A DNA stretch of 64,000 bases, taken from Schmidtea nova. Its lineage: Eukaryota. The notes under the pieces were generated by a model, which did no database searches, was not told the DNA's origin, and was given only the letters and a program-made list of their open reading frames with translations. Location: contig CM097883.1 in NCBI GenBank assembly GCA_044892505.1, positions 313,472,001-313,536,000 on the forward strand, written 5' to 3'. Each line of letters opens with the position of its first letter. Position 1 is the first letter of the stretch. Positions 9,808 to 20,601 of the stretch are shown one piece after another. Position numbers and translations under genes: made by a program.

Positions 9808-12800
9808 CTATACCATCATTATCGTCTTTTCTTCGTATCGTTCTTCATCTTCTATTTGTTTCCAGAATTCTTTACCTTTCGTTCTTCTTTGAAATTCTTT
9901 CTGTATCTCCTCTGGTATTTCTATTCCTAGTTTCATGATTTTGATATCTGGCCATTGTATGGCTGTCGCTTTGTTTCTCTTTCTGTATCTCCAATATACT
10001 ATTATGCTTGTCGTCAGTATTCCATATGCTATTAATATTCCTATACTCATTAATCCTATTATTGTTTTTCCACGGTTTGTTGCTTTGATTTTATTCCGAT
10101 TCGCTTTTATCTCATTTTGGGTTTGAGCCTCTGGCTTCTTCTCTTTCTGTATTTGACTCTTAACTTTGTTCATTACTTCTTGTGTAGACCAATGGCGGTT
10201 TAGTAGTTGTTTGACGTTATTTTCTTTTGTTCGGTTTTTCATGTTTCCTGGTTCGATCTGTTGTTGTAGTTTCTCTGAGATCTGATATAATCCGCATTCT
10301 GGTTTTTCTGAACCTTTTCTGGTGAAGGTACATATCGCGTATGTCCTATTTACTTCCATTTTCTTTAATTCGACTTTTTCTTTATTCCCTGTTTCTTTAC
10401 AGTGGGTTAGGTTACCTTCTTCTCCTTCTGGGTTATGTTTTGTCCAACATATTCCTTTCACTGTCTGATCAAGTCCTGTTAATGTCAGAGTTCTTTCTGT
10501 CTTTGTTAATTCTTCTTCATCTAATTTCAGTATCTCTCCTTTTTGGAATGTCTTGCACTTTTCTATTCCGGGTTGATCTTCTTGGATTCCTTTCTCCCAT
10601 ATACATATACTTCCTTCTCCGTCCATTTGTATTTCTTGTATTTCGGTTTCCTTGTTTGTTCGTGATTCGTCGCTTGTCTGAACTTGGTATTCTTTTTGTT
10701 CGTTGTACCATCCCCAGCATATTTTGTTGCTACTCCGGCCTTTTCTCCTTATTGTCATGGCCATTTGTTCTATTGTTATTCCTTTATTGATACGTTTGGA
10801 CATTGCTATTATTAACGCTATGCATACGACATCTTGTTCGGGTGATGCTCCTTCTCTCGTGTTATTTATGCTTCTCTCCCCTTCTCCTGGTTTATCCGTT
10901 GTGTTTCTTATCTGAGTTGCTGGTTGATCTATTGTGTTTTTGATTTCTTTCTTTGTTGGTTTTACTCTATACCATTCAAGTCTAGGCGTTTCATATTTCT
11001 GGCATACGACTGTCTTAGGTAGCCCCGACTTCTTTTCCTTTTCTATTATGCATATCCGATACATGGTCCCTCCGTCCATTTCTTCTATTCGTATTATATC
11101 CTGGTCGGGTTTTCGGATTATGCATTTTAGTGGGTTATTTTCTCCAATTGGTTCATCTTCTCTATACCAACATATTTTCTCGACTTCCTGGACATTTATT
11201 ATTTTTATCCCTGTCTGTGGGTTTATTGCTTCTTCCCTATTGATTAATGTCAATATTATTGTTAGACCCAACCATTTTGAACTCTGCGGTAGGCTTCTGG
11301 TTCGCCTTTCATATTTTTTCTCTTCTCCTTTAATCTCTTTTATTTCCTTGTCTTTGTTGTTCATTCCTAGTTTTGCGATTTTTGCTTCTTTCTTATTCCT
11401 GGTCGGTTTTGGTTCTTCTCGTGCGTTTTCTTCCAGTATTTCAACTCCATGGCTTGTACTGTCTATATTTGGCCATTGGGTTGCCGATTTCCTTGGGTTT
11501 ATCTTGCGTATCCATATAGCTGATAACGCGATTATTACGGGTATGGTCGCTGTTAATATTCCTAAGCCGATTAGTTCTTTAATTTCTTTATTCTCGTCTG
11601 TTTGTATAGATTCGCTTTGGTTGAACATTATTCCGTATTGTCCCTTTAGTTTTCTCATTAATTGTTCCCGTTCCTCCTGCTTTCTTTTGACTTCCTTGAT
11701 AACTTCTTCGGGTGTCCATTTTGCTTGAGGATCGATTATTGTTTTTTCTGCGTCCATTTGTTCATTCGTTTGGCTTAGTTCCTTGAATTCGATTTTCCTT
11801 GCTACTCCTTTTGATGTCGCGTTTGCTGGTGTATAATAGGTTTCGCATCTTTCTTGTTGGTTTCCTAGTGCGTCCATTTTTTCTATTGCGCATACTTCGT
11901 ACTCGCTATTAAATTGTAGTTTTTCGATCTTGATTTCTTTATTTGTTTTTCTGCACTCTCTTGATTGTCTTCTTATATGTTTCTGTACTATTATCCAACA
12001 TATTTCCAATGTTTTATTCTCTATTTTCCATAATGTTAGAGTTGCTGATGTTTTTCTCTCGGATTTCGTCGTAACTTCTTGGTTTGTTGGTTGTTTATTG
12101 TTTTTAAAGGTAGTGGTGTACTTCGGTTTTCCTTTGTTTTGTTGTTTCCTTTTATTTTTCCGTGTTAACGTTTTGGTTCTTGTTCCGGATGAAGTTGTAT
12201 ATATTCCGCATTCTAGGTCGTTTACCGTTATCTGATCATTTTTCTTTACCAAACATATTTCGTAGGTTTGTTTACTTTCTAAACCTTTTATTTGAATCGT
12301 CGTTGTTCCTGTGTTTGTTCGACATTGTGGTGTCGTTCTTTTATTTACTTCTTTTTCGTACTTCCTCCAGCATACTCCTTTCACATTTGGTTCTATCTCT
12401 TTTATTTCTAATGTTATGTTTACTTTCCGCTTGATTTGTTTATTTCTCTTCCTCGTTCTCCTTCTGAACTTTATTACTTCTCCGGGTTGAAATGTTTTAC
12501 ATTTTGTGGTACCTTTCTTGTTCGTTTCTTTTTCTAGTAGGCATAGTTTGTACGTCTTATCTGCTTTTACTTCGGATATTTTAATTACTTTATTCGTTGT
12601 TGGTTTTCGACTTTTCCTTATTTCGTTTACGCCGATTTCCTCGTTATTTCTCGCCCAACATTTTATGTTAGTATTCTGTGTATCTTCTATTTCTGTTATT
12701 GTCATAGTTTCAATTTCTATTCCTTCCTCTAATCGTTTTATCATTATTAGTATGAGTGCTAAACATAATACTTCCATTTGGTAAGACACTCTTTCGGTTT

Positions 12801-15800
12801 CGTTTGTGGCAACTCTTGCTTCAGGCCTCTCTATTGTAATTCGTAGGGTTGGTGTTGTTTGCTTATCTGTTGCCTGGGGTTTTTTGTTTTCTGTTCCCTG
12901 TGTCTCTGTCCTTCCACATTTTCCGATGATGTAATCTCCTTTGGGTGACTGTTGTATTGCCATGGCTGCTTTAGGTGTTTGGTATTTTGCACATGCGATT
13001 GTGTTGTGTGATCTTGGATGCTTTTGTTTTCTAACGGTGCATATTTTGTACCAGGTATCTAGATCTAAGTCATTTATCTCTATGATTTCTTGCTCGTGTT
13101 TTGAGATTCTGCAATCCATCGGGCTATTTTGTTCCGTGATTTTGTCCTTTTTTGACCAACATACTCGTTCGATTCCTTTTGCGTTTTTTATTTGTATTAT
13201 TGCCCTTTCTTCACATGTCATTCCTTGACTTGGATTAATTAACGTTAAAATCACTGTTAATAATAGTAATTCTGGTTTGAAGAATGGTTTTATGGTTGAT
13301 TTATAACCTGTTCTTTGGGTGTCATTTTTATCTCCTTGGTCGTTTTTTCCTTGTTCTCCCTCTTCATCTCTTTGTTTTTCGTCTTCATTTTTCTTTTCTT
13401 CCTTGTCTCGTTTCTTGTCTTTTCTCTCGTTTTCCTCTTTATCGGGTGGTTCGTGATCGTTTGAATTTTCTGAGTTGTTACCGTCGTCACTATCTGTATT
13501 GTCATCTCCCCCTGGCTCGTCGAAAATGTCGTCCTCGACATTGATTTCTTCTATTAGTTTCGCATACGCTAATGTCGTTAGATTACTTGCCTCAAACTCT
13601 TGTGTTCCTACCTGTTCTGGTATTACTTTGTTAGTGGATTTATATTCTAAGATTTCCTTTTTGGCCTTGATCCAATTGTTGATGTATGTCTTCATCAACT
13701 CTTTCCATTTGCCTGTGTACTTTTCTTCCTTCGGGCTGGTTGTGATCCTTAAATCCTTTCTTTCCATAAACATCTTCAATATCTCTGGCCATTTATACGT
13801 TATTAAGGCACTTCTTATGCACCAATTTTGGTTATGTTCTGTAAACTCATTAATCCTGAATGCTGGTTCGTTAGTATTCGGATTTATCCACGTAAGTATT
13901 GCTTCTGTTAGTTCGACATTATGCATCATTGTTAGTACACTGGTTTTCCTGACCGTATCAGTTAGGTAATCTATTTCTTCCTGATTTGAGATTGTTTTAA
14001 TGAAGTTGACCATTTCCCAATTATGTGTTAGTAATGCTACATCCAGAATTGAATTATCTTTATCTGTCTTTCCTGTAAGTCCTGCACCTGCTTTGTATAG
14101 TTCTTCCAACACTTTTGTTTTCGTTTTGGCCCTTGCTGCAAATATCATGAGTGTATCTCCTTTCTCGTCTACCATATTCATGTTGCTTCCGCAGTTTAGC
14201 ATTATTCGTGCAATTTCCATTACTTTTCTATCTTTGCCATTTCGTAAAGCTCTATGTATGGGCATTATTCCGTCCTTTGGTAGTAAAAATGTTACTGGCA
14301 TCTCCTTTTTTATAGTCGTTATATCGTTACCATTGTATGTTCCTTTTGCGTATGCGTGTACTTTTTCAACTAAGGCACCGAGTATTTCTAATGCGTGTTG
14401 ACAATTCTCGAATTCCGGTAGCAACTCCTTTGCTTTTTCTTGTATCGCATCTAGTCTAGCTTGGTATGGTGCTTCTGCTTTGAAGAGTGGTGTGAGTTTC
14501 TTGTTACTTTCTCTTTCTTTTCTCTCCAAAACCTGTTTGCATTTTTCGGGGTGGTTTAGGGTTTTTACTAGTTCTTCATACTCATTTACTATCGTCTGGT
14601 ATTTCTCGTTAAAATTGTTTATGTCTTTGTATGTTATTAGTTTATCCAGCGGTTTCGCACACCATTTCCTAATCTTGTTGAATAAGGCTTCCTTCTCTTT
14701 ATCAAATTTGTGTTCCTCTTCATTCTTTGTGATGTATATGTTTCCTCTGTCCAGTAAGGTTAGTAATGTCTTTGGATCGCAAATAAATTTCAAAAGGTAT
14801 CTTAACAACGCGTTTTGTCCTTCGCTGTATACTTCGTTTATGTCTAAGACCCATGTATCCTCTTCTGGTCGTTTCCATTCGATTAACTTACGGATCGTAT
14901 TACATTTGCCAATTTTGATTGCCTCTTTGATAAGGTCTCCTTTTATTAATTCGTCTATTTCCCACGTGGAGTTTGCTATTATATATTCCAACATAAGTTG
15001 GTGAGAACTCCATATCGCGTGATTTAGCACTGTTTTATCTTCTCTATCTCGTTCTGTCCAACTGAAACGGACTTTTATCAACAGATCTACCATTTCTTTA
15101 TCTGCTTGGTAGATGGCTGCTGTCATTAATGGAGTTTCCTGTTCACGATTCCCAACGTCTAGGTTTTGGTTTGTTTCTTTTGCGATTTTCAAGAATTCTT
15201 TTGCTCTTTCAATGTTTTTACACTGAATCGCATTATGTAAGGCTGGTTGTCCTCCTACATCTTTTAATAAGAGTATTTCAGGGATTTTTATCAATAATTC
15301 AGAAATAATTGGTTCGGTTGGTAATCCTTGTGCGTAACGGCTAATTATGTGTCTAATGTCCCTTGATATGCCTGCTTCGTCTCTAACATGCCATCTTCCC
15401 ATTATCTCTCTCGCCTTCAATAGGATTTCTTTATTTCTGATTTCTTTTTGCCTTATTTCTGTTTTGTCGTCTTCACTGGTGTTTGCTCTGAGCATGTTTA
15501 TCCTGGCTGTTTGTGATCTGGTTATTATTCGATTCTCTGGTGTTGTAGTTATCGTTTTAGGCACCTTCTTACATCTGCAGGTGTTTACATATATGGGTCG
15601 TATTAATGGTCGGTTTATTAGCTTAACTTTGGCATTATTGTCCTTTTTGTATATAATTTCATAAGGTCCTCTTCCAGGTCTTTGGAGTTTCTTAACCGTT
15701 CCTGGTATTATTTCGGGAGTTTCTATTATCACCCAATCTCCTGGTTTTAGATCGTTCGCTTTAACATTTTTCTTCTGGTCGTGTAGGTCCTTATAACTTT

Positions 15801-18800
15801 CCTGATAAAATTTAATGTTAAGTTCTGCCGTTTTCCATATTTCCTGCATTCTTTCTTTGAATTTGGTTACGTAGTCGTCATCTTCCATATATTGCGATAA
15901 TGGTGGCTGGTACTCCAAATCTATGGGCATGTTGCATTCTCTGCCATACATAAGTTGAAACGGGCTTAGTTTTGTTGCGGCATGTATCGACATTCGGTAT
16001 GCCATTAAACATAATTTTATGTATTCGTCCCAATCAGTTTGGTGTCTGCTGACATAGTTTGATAACATTCTAATCAATGTGCCATTGAATCGCTCTGTTT
16101 GACCATTCGTTTGTGGATGATATGGTGAAGTTCTCAATTTCGCTATTCTGAAATAGTTTGTCACCTCGTTCAATAACTCACTCATAAAATTAGTTCCTTG
16201 GTCTGTGAGTATTTGTTTTGGAGTTCCATATCTGCAGCATATTTCTTCCACTAGAATTTTTGCTACGGTTTTTGCTTTTTGATCTTGCATGGCAAATGCT
16301 TCCGGGAATTTCGTCAAGTAATCCGTTATTACTAGTATGTAAATGTTTCCGTTTAAGCTTTCTGGTAATGGTCCTATTACGTCCATTGCTATAGTTGTCA
16401 TTGGCTCTGCTGGTATCGGCATTGGTTGTAGCGGGTTCTTCCATTTCTTACCACTATCCTTTCTAGTTGCGCAGGTTAGGCAATTTTTAATCCATTCTTT
16501 TATATCTTCTTCCATTGTTCGCCAATAATATTTCTGTCTCATCCGATTTATTGTCTTTTTCTCTGACATATGACCTCCTAATTTCCCATCGTGGTATTGG
16601 ATCATTATCTCTTTCCTTCTGTTTTCCGGTAAACACATCAGCCTCTTTTCACCGTCTTGTATCAATAACCATCCTTTATTTATTATATATCGATGTTGAT
16701 ATTTTCCTATATGTTCCTTTAATTCTTTATTATCTTTGAATACCTCCATATTTCGAGATGTTAGGAACTCTATGATCTGTCCTAACTCTCTGTCTTCCTG
16801 TTGATCTTTCTTTAACTCACTAAAATCTAAATCCTCTGCTATTAATACACAAATTCGTTGTACATCCGGGTCGGTTAATTCCGGAAATGTCAGTCTGGAC
16901 ATACAGTCTGCATTCGCATTCGCTCGTCCTGATTTAAATTTTATGTCTGGTGAGTACTCCTGTAGCTGCATTGCCCATCGCATTAATCTACTGGAGGTTT
17001 CCTTATGTTGTCCTAACCACACAAGCGGTTGGTGATCTGTGGTTATACAGATGATGTGTCCCCATAATAAATATTTAAAGTGTTTAATTGCTAGTATAAT
17101 TGCTAACGCTTCTCGCTCGGTTACTGAGTAATTTTTCTCATGCTTTTTGAATGTCCGGCTATAATATCCGATTACGCGTTCTTTTCCTTCATCGTCGTAT
17201 TGCCCTAATACTGCTCCTGCTGCATATCCGCTTGCATCCGTTGCAAGTAGGAATGGCTTCTTGAAGTCTGGGTGTACCAATATAGGTGCGGTTATCAGTT
17301 TATCTCTCAATGTTTCAAAGGCTGTTTGCTGTTCATCTCCCCATATGAATGATACATCTTTCTTTACCAGCTCCTGTATAGGTTTTGCTATTCCGGCGTA
17401 ATCTTTTATAAACTTTCTATAATATCCACATAGTCCAAGAAACTCTTGTATCTGGGTTATTGTTTTTGGTACTGGGCATTCTTTTACCTTGTCGATATTT
17501 CTAGGATCCGGTTCTTTTCCTTTTGCTGACACTATATGTCCTAAAAATGTAACCTTTTCTTTTGCCCAATCGCATTTTGATGGCTTGAGTTTTAACTTCC
17601 ATTGTCTAAGCCTAACGAATACATCTCGAATATCCTGTATGTGTTGTTCAAACGTGCTAGAATAAATTAATAAGTCGTCTATGTAGACCATACACTGCTT
17701 TATTCCATGGGTGACGAAATTCATGCATCTCTGAAATGATGCTGGTGCGTTCGTTAATCCAAATGGCATTTTCCGAAATTGATATAAATCTCTCCCGATG
17801 GTAAAGGCAGTTTTCTCTTTATCTTCTTCTTTCATTTTTATTTGCCAATATCCGCTTTTTAGATCTAACGATGTAAAATATGCTGCTCCTTGTAGTGTTA
17901 GTAGCATTTCGTTGATGTCCGGTAATGGGTACGTATCTCGTTTGGTCACCGTATTCAACCTTCGATAATCTATACAGAATCTCTGTGTTCCATCTTTCTT
18001 CTTTACCATTACCACTGGAAATTGCCAGGGTGAACAACTTGGTTCGATTACTTCTGCATCCAACATTTTCTTCACTTCTGCTTCCGCTACTGCTTTCTGT
18101 GCTTCTGCTAATTTGTATGGTCTTAATGCAATTGGTGTTTCGTCGGTTAATGGTATCGTATGTAACGTGACATCACATGTTCCTAGATCTAAATCGGATG
18201 CTGCAAATATATCCTTATACTCCATCAAAAGTTTTTCTAACTGCTTCCTTTGATCTTTATTTAGTAGTTCACTATCAATATTCCAGGTTGGTTCTTTATC
18301 TTTCTCTGCTCCTTCTATTGGTAGTTCGATATCCATCATTGGGGTTAATTTACCTAATCTTTCGTTTTCGTATATTATTTTGTCCTCTTCATCGAAGTTT
18401 ACTACGTTTATTGGGATTTCTCCATCATCGTTTATGTTAACTAGTCCTCTTGCCATTGGCAACGCTTTTCTTTTCTCGAATCTCTTACTTGGTTCGAAAA
18501 TCATATCCCCTTGGATTGTCGGATCTATTTTTACGTAACATATTTTCTCCTTTCTTGCGGGTATTATCATTTGCTTTGAACTTGTCACTTTGGCTTCTAT
18601 CGCGCATATTTGTCCTGTGCGATCCTTTAGTCTCATTGTTCCGAGGTCGATTACAATCTCTTTAAATAATGCTGGCATCAAATCTGTTCCGATGATGCAA
18701 GGTACGCTTAATGCTGGTATAACTGCTACGTATGTATCGATTTCCGTGTTTAAGTGGCGTATTTTTACCCACCATCTTCCTGCTACTTCTACAACTTCTT

Positions 18801-20601
18801 TGCTACATGCAATTACATGGACGTTTGTCCTTTCTATATCTCGTCTTTGCTCTTGTGGTATCCATTTGATGTCGATGGCGGAAATGTTTGCTCCAGTGTC
18901 GATCATTGCTTCGATTTCTCTTCCGTTAATTTCTATTGTCGTGGTTAGTACTGGACCTGTGTTTGATGACATTACTGCGATCGTGTGTGTATCTCCTTGT
19001 GGATCTACGCTTCTACATCTTCTCATTTTATAGTCTTCTGGTATCATGGGGTATACATTTGTCATTGGCATCATTTGCATCGTGCTATTTTTTCCTCCTT
19101 GTAGTGGTTCTTGATACATTGTTGGTGGAGGTGCGTAACATTTCCATGCGTCGGCTGGATTCTTTTCGATGTATTGTGGTGCTTGGTTCTTATACACTTG
19201 TCCTCCCTTATAGTCATCATCGTCATCGTCGTCGTCACTTGAATCATTTTGGGTTTTATATCCTTTCATCCTCTCCCATAGTCCTTTTCTTTCTCTCTTG
19301 AGCTGTTGTCTTGCTTGTTCGTCATTCATTATCTTTTTAAATTTTCGTCCTACTTCTTCATCTGTTCCCTTCATTTTTGCTAATATCTTTAGGAGTCTTT
19401 TTATTCGGTGGATATCTTTTGAGTGACCGTGTAACACCATCGTTTTCGCAAGGAATGGTAAAAATCCTACTACCATTTTCCAATTTACTTTCTTTTCTCT
19501 CTTGTAGATGTCAAAACACGCGAGCATTTGCGTTATTATCACTCTGATGATTTGTATTATTAATATGACCCCTAGTATTCCGGCCATCATTTGTCCGAAT
19601 ATCAAAAATCTTCCCCACATTGCTTTCATCATATTTTCGGTGGCTTTCTTGAAATGTGCTGGTGACAACAACAGTTCATAATTCGGTCCTTCTCGATAAT
19701 TCGTTCCTCCCGTTATCGTTACGATATTTGACAGTAATGCTTCTCTTCTTGCCGGGAATAATATATTCTGCCTTGCCGCTTCTAGATCCTTTGGACTATA
19801 TATTCCGTTGTTTGAGACATCTACGTCGCTAAATTGCCTATCCTTTGACAATTGCATTAATTCGAACTCTCTTGGTGCTATCACTTCGGATCTTCCTGGG
19901 AACATAACCCATTTACCATCTGGTTTCTGATAAAGCGGTCCATACGCATTACTACAGTTGAATGGATTTGGTTCAAACCCTGGTGGATTGATGATTCTCG
20001 TCACTGGTTGAACGTATCGTACTTTTCCTTTGTAATCGATTTCTAACTCATTTGTACAGGTTCCAGGTTTCAACTGCGTTGTTGCTGCTAGCGATGCGTG
20101 TGTCTTTTCGCAAATGTATACATACATTGCTTCTCCAACCACTCTTCCGAAATGTCCTTCTCTCAGTGGTAATAATGGCATCGCGCTATCTGGATTCGTA
20201 ATTGCTACGGCCAACTTTGTCTTTAATATTTCTCGATTCAGTATACAATCATTGTTTATCAGATCGTAGTACACTTTTTGTAATGAGGCTTGTCCTCTAT
20301 GGAATAGGAAATCCATTTTATTATTCACATATAGGTGTAGTTTGATATCCATTGTGTCGATTTTGGGTTTCGCATTTGGCACTTCTTGTTTTGACACATA
20401 TATTCCTGGATAATTCGTTTCGTATACCGTTGTACTACACTTAAGGGTTGCTTTCCCTTTTATGAACCTCATTCCCACATCCTGATTTGTGGTTATCAAC
20501 ACTGTTGGTGTGGCTCTCATCTCTATCCGTTTTTCTCTATGATCCGGTTTCAGTTGTCTCCAAAGCTTCCTTGAGATGCTTTGCTCTAGCTTTGTCGTCA
20601 T
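9808..20601 (-). CDS. pol: Polyprotein 3' part: glycoprotein C-half with TM, then PR, RT, RNase H, integrase, ankyrin repeats and two FN3-like membrane modules
   Basis: Protease MIDTGANIS (~18895); RT FCIDYRRLN and VYIDDLL (~17680); RNase H LATDASG (~17235); IN H-x6-H...CLTC, DVIGPL, TDQGTNF, ERFN, GPY (~15665). Ankyrin motifs PALHNAI, TPLMTAA, PIHRAL. Confidence 0.95.
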   Translation of the reverse strand: MTTKLEQSISRKLWRQLKPDHREKRIEMRATPTVLITTNQDVGMRFIKGKATLKCSTTVYETNYPGIYVSKQEVPNAKPKIDTMDIKLHLYVNNKMDFLFHRGQASLQKVYYDLINNDCILNREILKTKLAVAITNPDSAMPLLPLREGHFGRVVGEAMYVYICEKTHASLAATTQLKPGTCTNELEIDYKGKVRYVQPVTRIINPPGFEPNPFNCSNAYGPLYQKPDGKWVMFPGRSEVIAPREFELMQLSKDRQFSDVDVSNNGIYSPKDLEAARQNILFPARREALLSNIVTITGGTNYREGPNYELLLSPAHFKKATENMMKAMWGRFLIFGQMMAGILGVILIIQIIRVIITQMLACFDIYKREKKVNWKMVVGFLPFLAKTMVLHGHSKDIHRIKRLLKILAKMKGTDEEVGRKFKKIMNDEQARQQLKRERKGLWERMKGYKTQNDSSDDDDDDDDYKGGQVYKNQAPQYIEKNPADAWKCYAPPPTMYQEPLQGGKNSTMQMMPMTNVYPMIPEDYKMRRCRSVDPQGDTHTIAVMSSNTGPVLTTTIEINGREIEAMIDTGANISAIDIKWIPQEQRRDIERTNVHVIACSKEVVEVAGRWWVKIRHLNTEIDTYVAVIPALSVPCIIGTDLMPALFKEIVIDLGTMRLKDRTGQICAIEAKVTSSKQMIIPARKEKICYVKIDPTIQGDMIFEPSKRFEKRKALPMARGLVNINDDGEIPINVVNFDEEDKIIYENERLGKLTPMMDIELPIEGAEKDKEPTWNIDSELLNKDQRKQLEKLLMEYKDIFAASDLDLGTCDVTLHTIPLTDETPIALRPYKLAEAQKAVAEAEVKKMLDAEVIEPSCSPWQFPVVMVKKKDGTQRFCIDYRRLNTVTKRDTYPLPDINEMLLTLQGAAYFTSLDLKSGYWQIKMKEEDKEKTAFTIGRDLYQFRKMPFGLTNAPASFQRCMNFVTHGIKQCMVYIDDLLIYSSTFEQHIQDIRDVFVRLRQWKLKLKPSKCDWAKEKVTFLGHIVSAKGKEPDPRNIDKVKECPVPKTITQIQEFLGLCGYYRKFIKDYAGIAKPIQELVKKDVSFIWGDEQQTAFETLRDKLITAPILVHPDFKKPFLLATDASGYAAGAVLGQYDDEGKERVIGYYSRTFKKHEKNYSVTEREALAIILAIKHFKYLLWGHIICITTDHQPLVWLGQHKETSSRLMRWAMQLQEYSPDIKFKSGRANANADCMSRLTFPELTDPDVQRICVLIAEDLDFSELKKDQQEDRELGQIIEFLTSRNMEVFKDNKELKEHIGKYQHRYIINKGWLLIQDGEKRLMCLPENRRKEIMIQYHDGKLGGHMSEKKTINRMRQKYYWRTMEEDIKEWIKNCLTCATRKDSGKKWKNPLQPMPIPAEPMTTIAMDVIGPLPESLNGNIYILVITDYLTKFPEAFAMQDQKAKTVAKILVEEICCRYGTPKQILTDQGTNFMSELLNEVTNYFRIAKLRTSPYHPQTNGQTERFNGTLIRMLSNYVSRHQTDWDEYIKLCLMAYRMSIHAATKLSPFQLMYGRECNMPIDLEYQPPLSQYMEDDDYVTKFKERMQEIWKTAELNIKFYQESYKDLHDQKKNVKANDLKPGDWVIIETPEIIPGTVKKLQRPGRGPYEIIYKKDNNAKVKLINRPLIRPIYVNTCRCKKVPKTITTTPENRIITRSQTARINMLRANTSEDDKTEIRQKEIRNKEILLKAREIMGRWHVRDEAGISRDIRHIISRYAQGLPTEPIISELLIKIPEILLLKDVGGQPALHNAIQCKNIERAKEFLKIAKETNQNLDVGNREQETPLMTAAIYQADKEMVDLLIKVRFSWTERDREDKTVLNHAIWSSHQLMLEYIIANSTWEIDELIKGDLIKEAIKIGKCNTIRKLIEWKRPEEDTWVLDINEVYSEGQNALLRYLLKFICDPKTLLTLLDRGNIYITKNEEEHKFDKEKEALFNKIRKWCAKPLDKLITYKDINNFNEKYQTIVNEYEELVKTLNHPEKCKQVLERKERESNKKLTPLFKAEAPYQARLDAIQEKAKELLPEFENCQHALEILGALVEKVHAYAKGTYNGNDITTIKKEMPVTFLLPKDGIMPIHRALRNGKDRKVMEIARIMLNCGSNMNMVDEKGDTLMIFAARAKTKTKVLEELYKAGAGLTGKTDKDNSILDVALLTHNWEMVNFIKTISNQEEIDYLTDTVRKTSVLTMMHNVELTEAILTWINPNTNEPAFRINEFTEHNQNWCIRSALITYKWPEILKMFMERKDLRITTSPKEEKYTGKWKELMKTYINNWIKAKKEILEYKSTNKVIPEQVGTQEFEASNLTTLAYAKLIEEINVEDDIFDEPGGDDNTDSDDGNNSENSNDHEPPDKEENERKDKKRDKEEKKNEDEKQRDEEGEQGKNDQGDKNDTQRTGYKSTIKPFFKPELLLLTVILTLINPSQGMTCEERAIIQIKNAKGIERVCWSKKDKITEQNSPMDCRISKHEQEIIEINDLDLDTWYKICTVRKQKHPRSHNTIACAKYQTPKAAMAIQQSPKGDYIIGKCGRTETQGTENKKPQATDKQTTPTLRITIERPEARVATNETERVSYQMEVLCLALILIMIKRLEEGIEIETMTITEIEDTQNTNIKCWARNNEEIGVNEIRKSRKPTTNKVIKISEVKADKTYKLCLLEKETNKKGTTKCKTFQPGEVIKFRRRTRKRNKQIKRKVNITLEIKEIEPNVKGVCWRKYEKEVNKRTTPQCRTNTGTTTIQIKGLESKQTYEICLVKKNDQITVNDLECGIYTTSSGTRTKTLTRKNKRKQQNKGKPKYTTTFKNNKQPTNQEVTTKSERKTSATLTLWKIENKTLEICWIIVQKHIRRQSRECRKTNKEIKIEKLQFNSEYEVCAIEKMDALGNQQERCETYYTPANATSKGVARKIEFKELSQTNEQMDAEKTIIDPQAKWTPEEVIKEVKRKQEEREQLMRKLKGQYGIMFNQSESIQTDENKEIKELIGLGILTATIPVIIALSAIWIRKINPRKSATQWPNIDSTSHGVEILEENAREEPKPTRNKKEAKIAKLGMNNKDKEIKEIKGEEKKYERRTRSLPQSSKWLGLTIILTLINREEAINPQTGIKIINVQEVEKICWYREDEPIGENNPLKCIIRKPDQDIIRIEEMDGGTMYRICIIEKEKKSGLPKTVVCQKYETPRLEWYRVKPTKKEIKNTIDQPATQIRNTTDKPGEGERSINNTREGASPEQDVVCIALIIAMSKRINKGITIEQMAMTIRRKGRSSNKICWGWYNEQKEYQVQTSDESRTNKETEIQEIQMDGEGSICIWEKGIQEDQPGIEKCKTFQKGEILKLDEEELTKTERTLTLTGLDQTVKGICWTKHNPEGEEGNLTHCKETGNKEKVELKKMEVNRTYAICTFTRKGSEKPECGLYQISEKLQQQIEPGNMKNRTKENNVKQLLNRHWSTQEVMNKVKSQIQKEKKPEAQTQNEIKANRNKIKATNRGKTIIGLMSIGILIAYGILTTSIIVYWRYRKRNKATAIQWPDIKIMKLGIEIPEEIQKEFQRRTKGKEFWKQIEDEERYEEKTIMMV

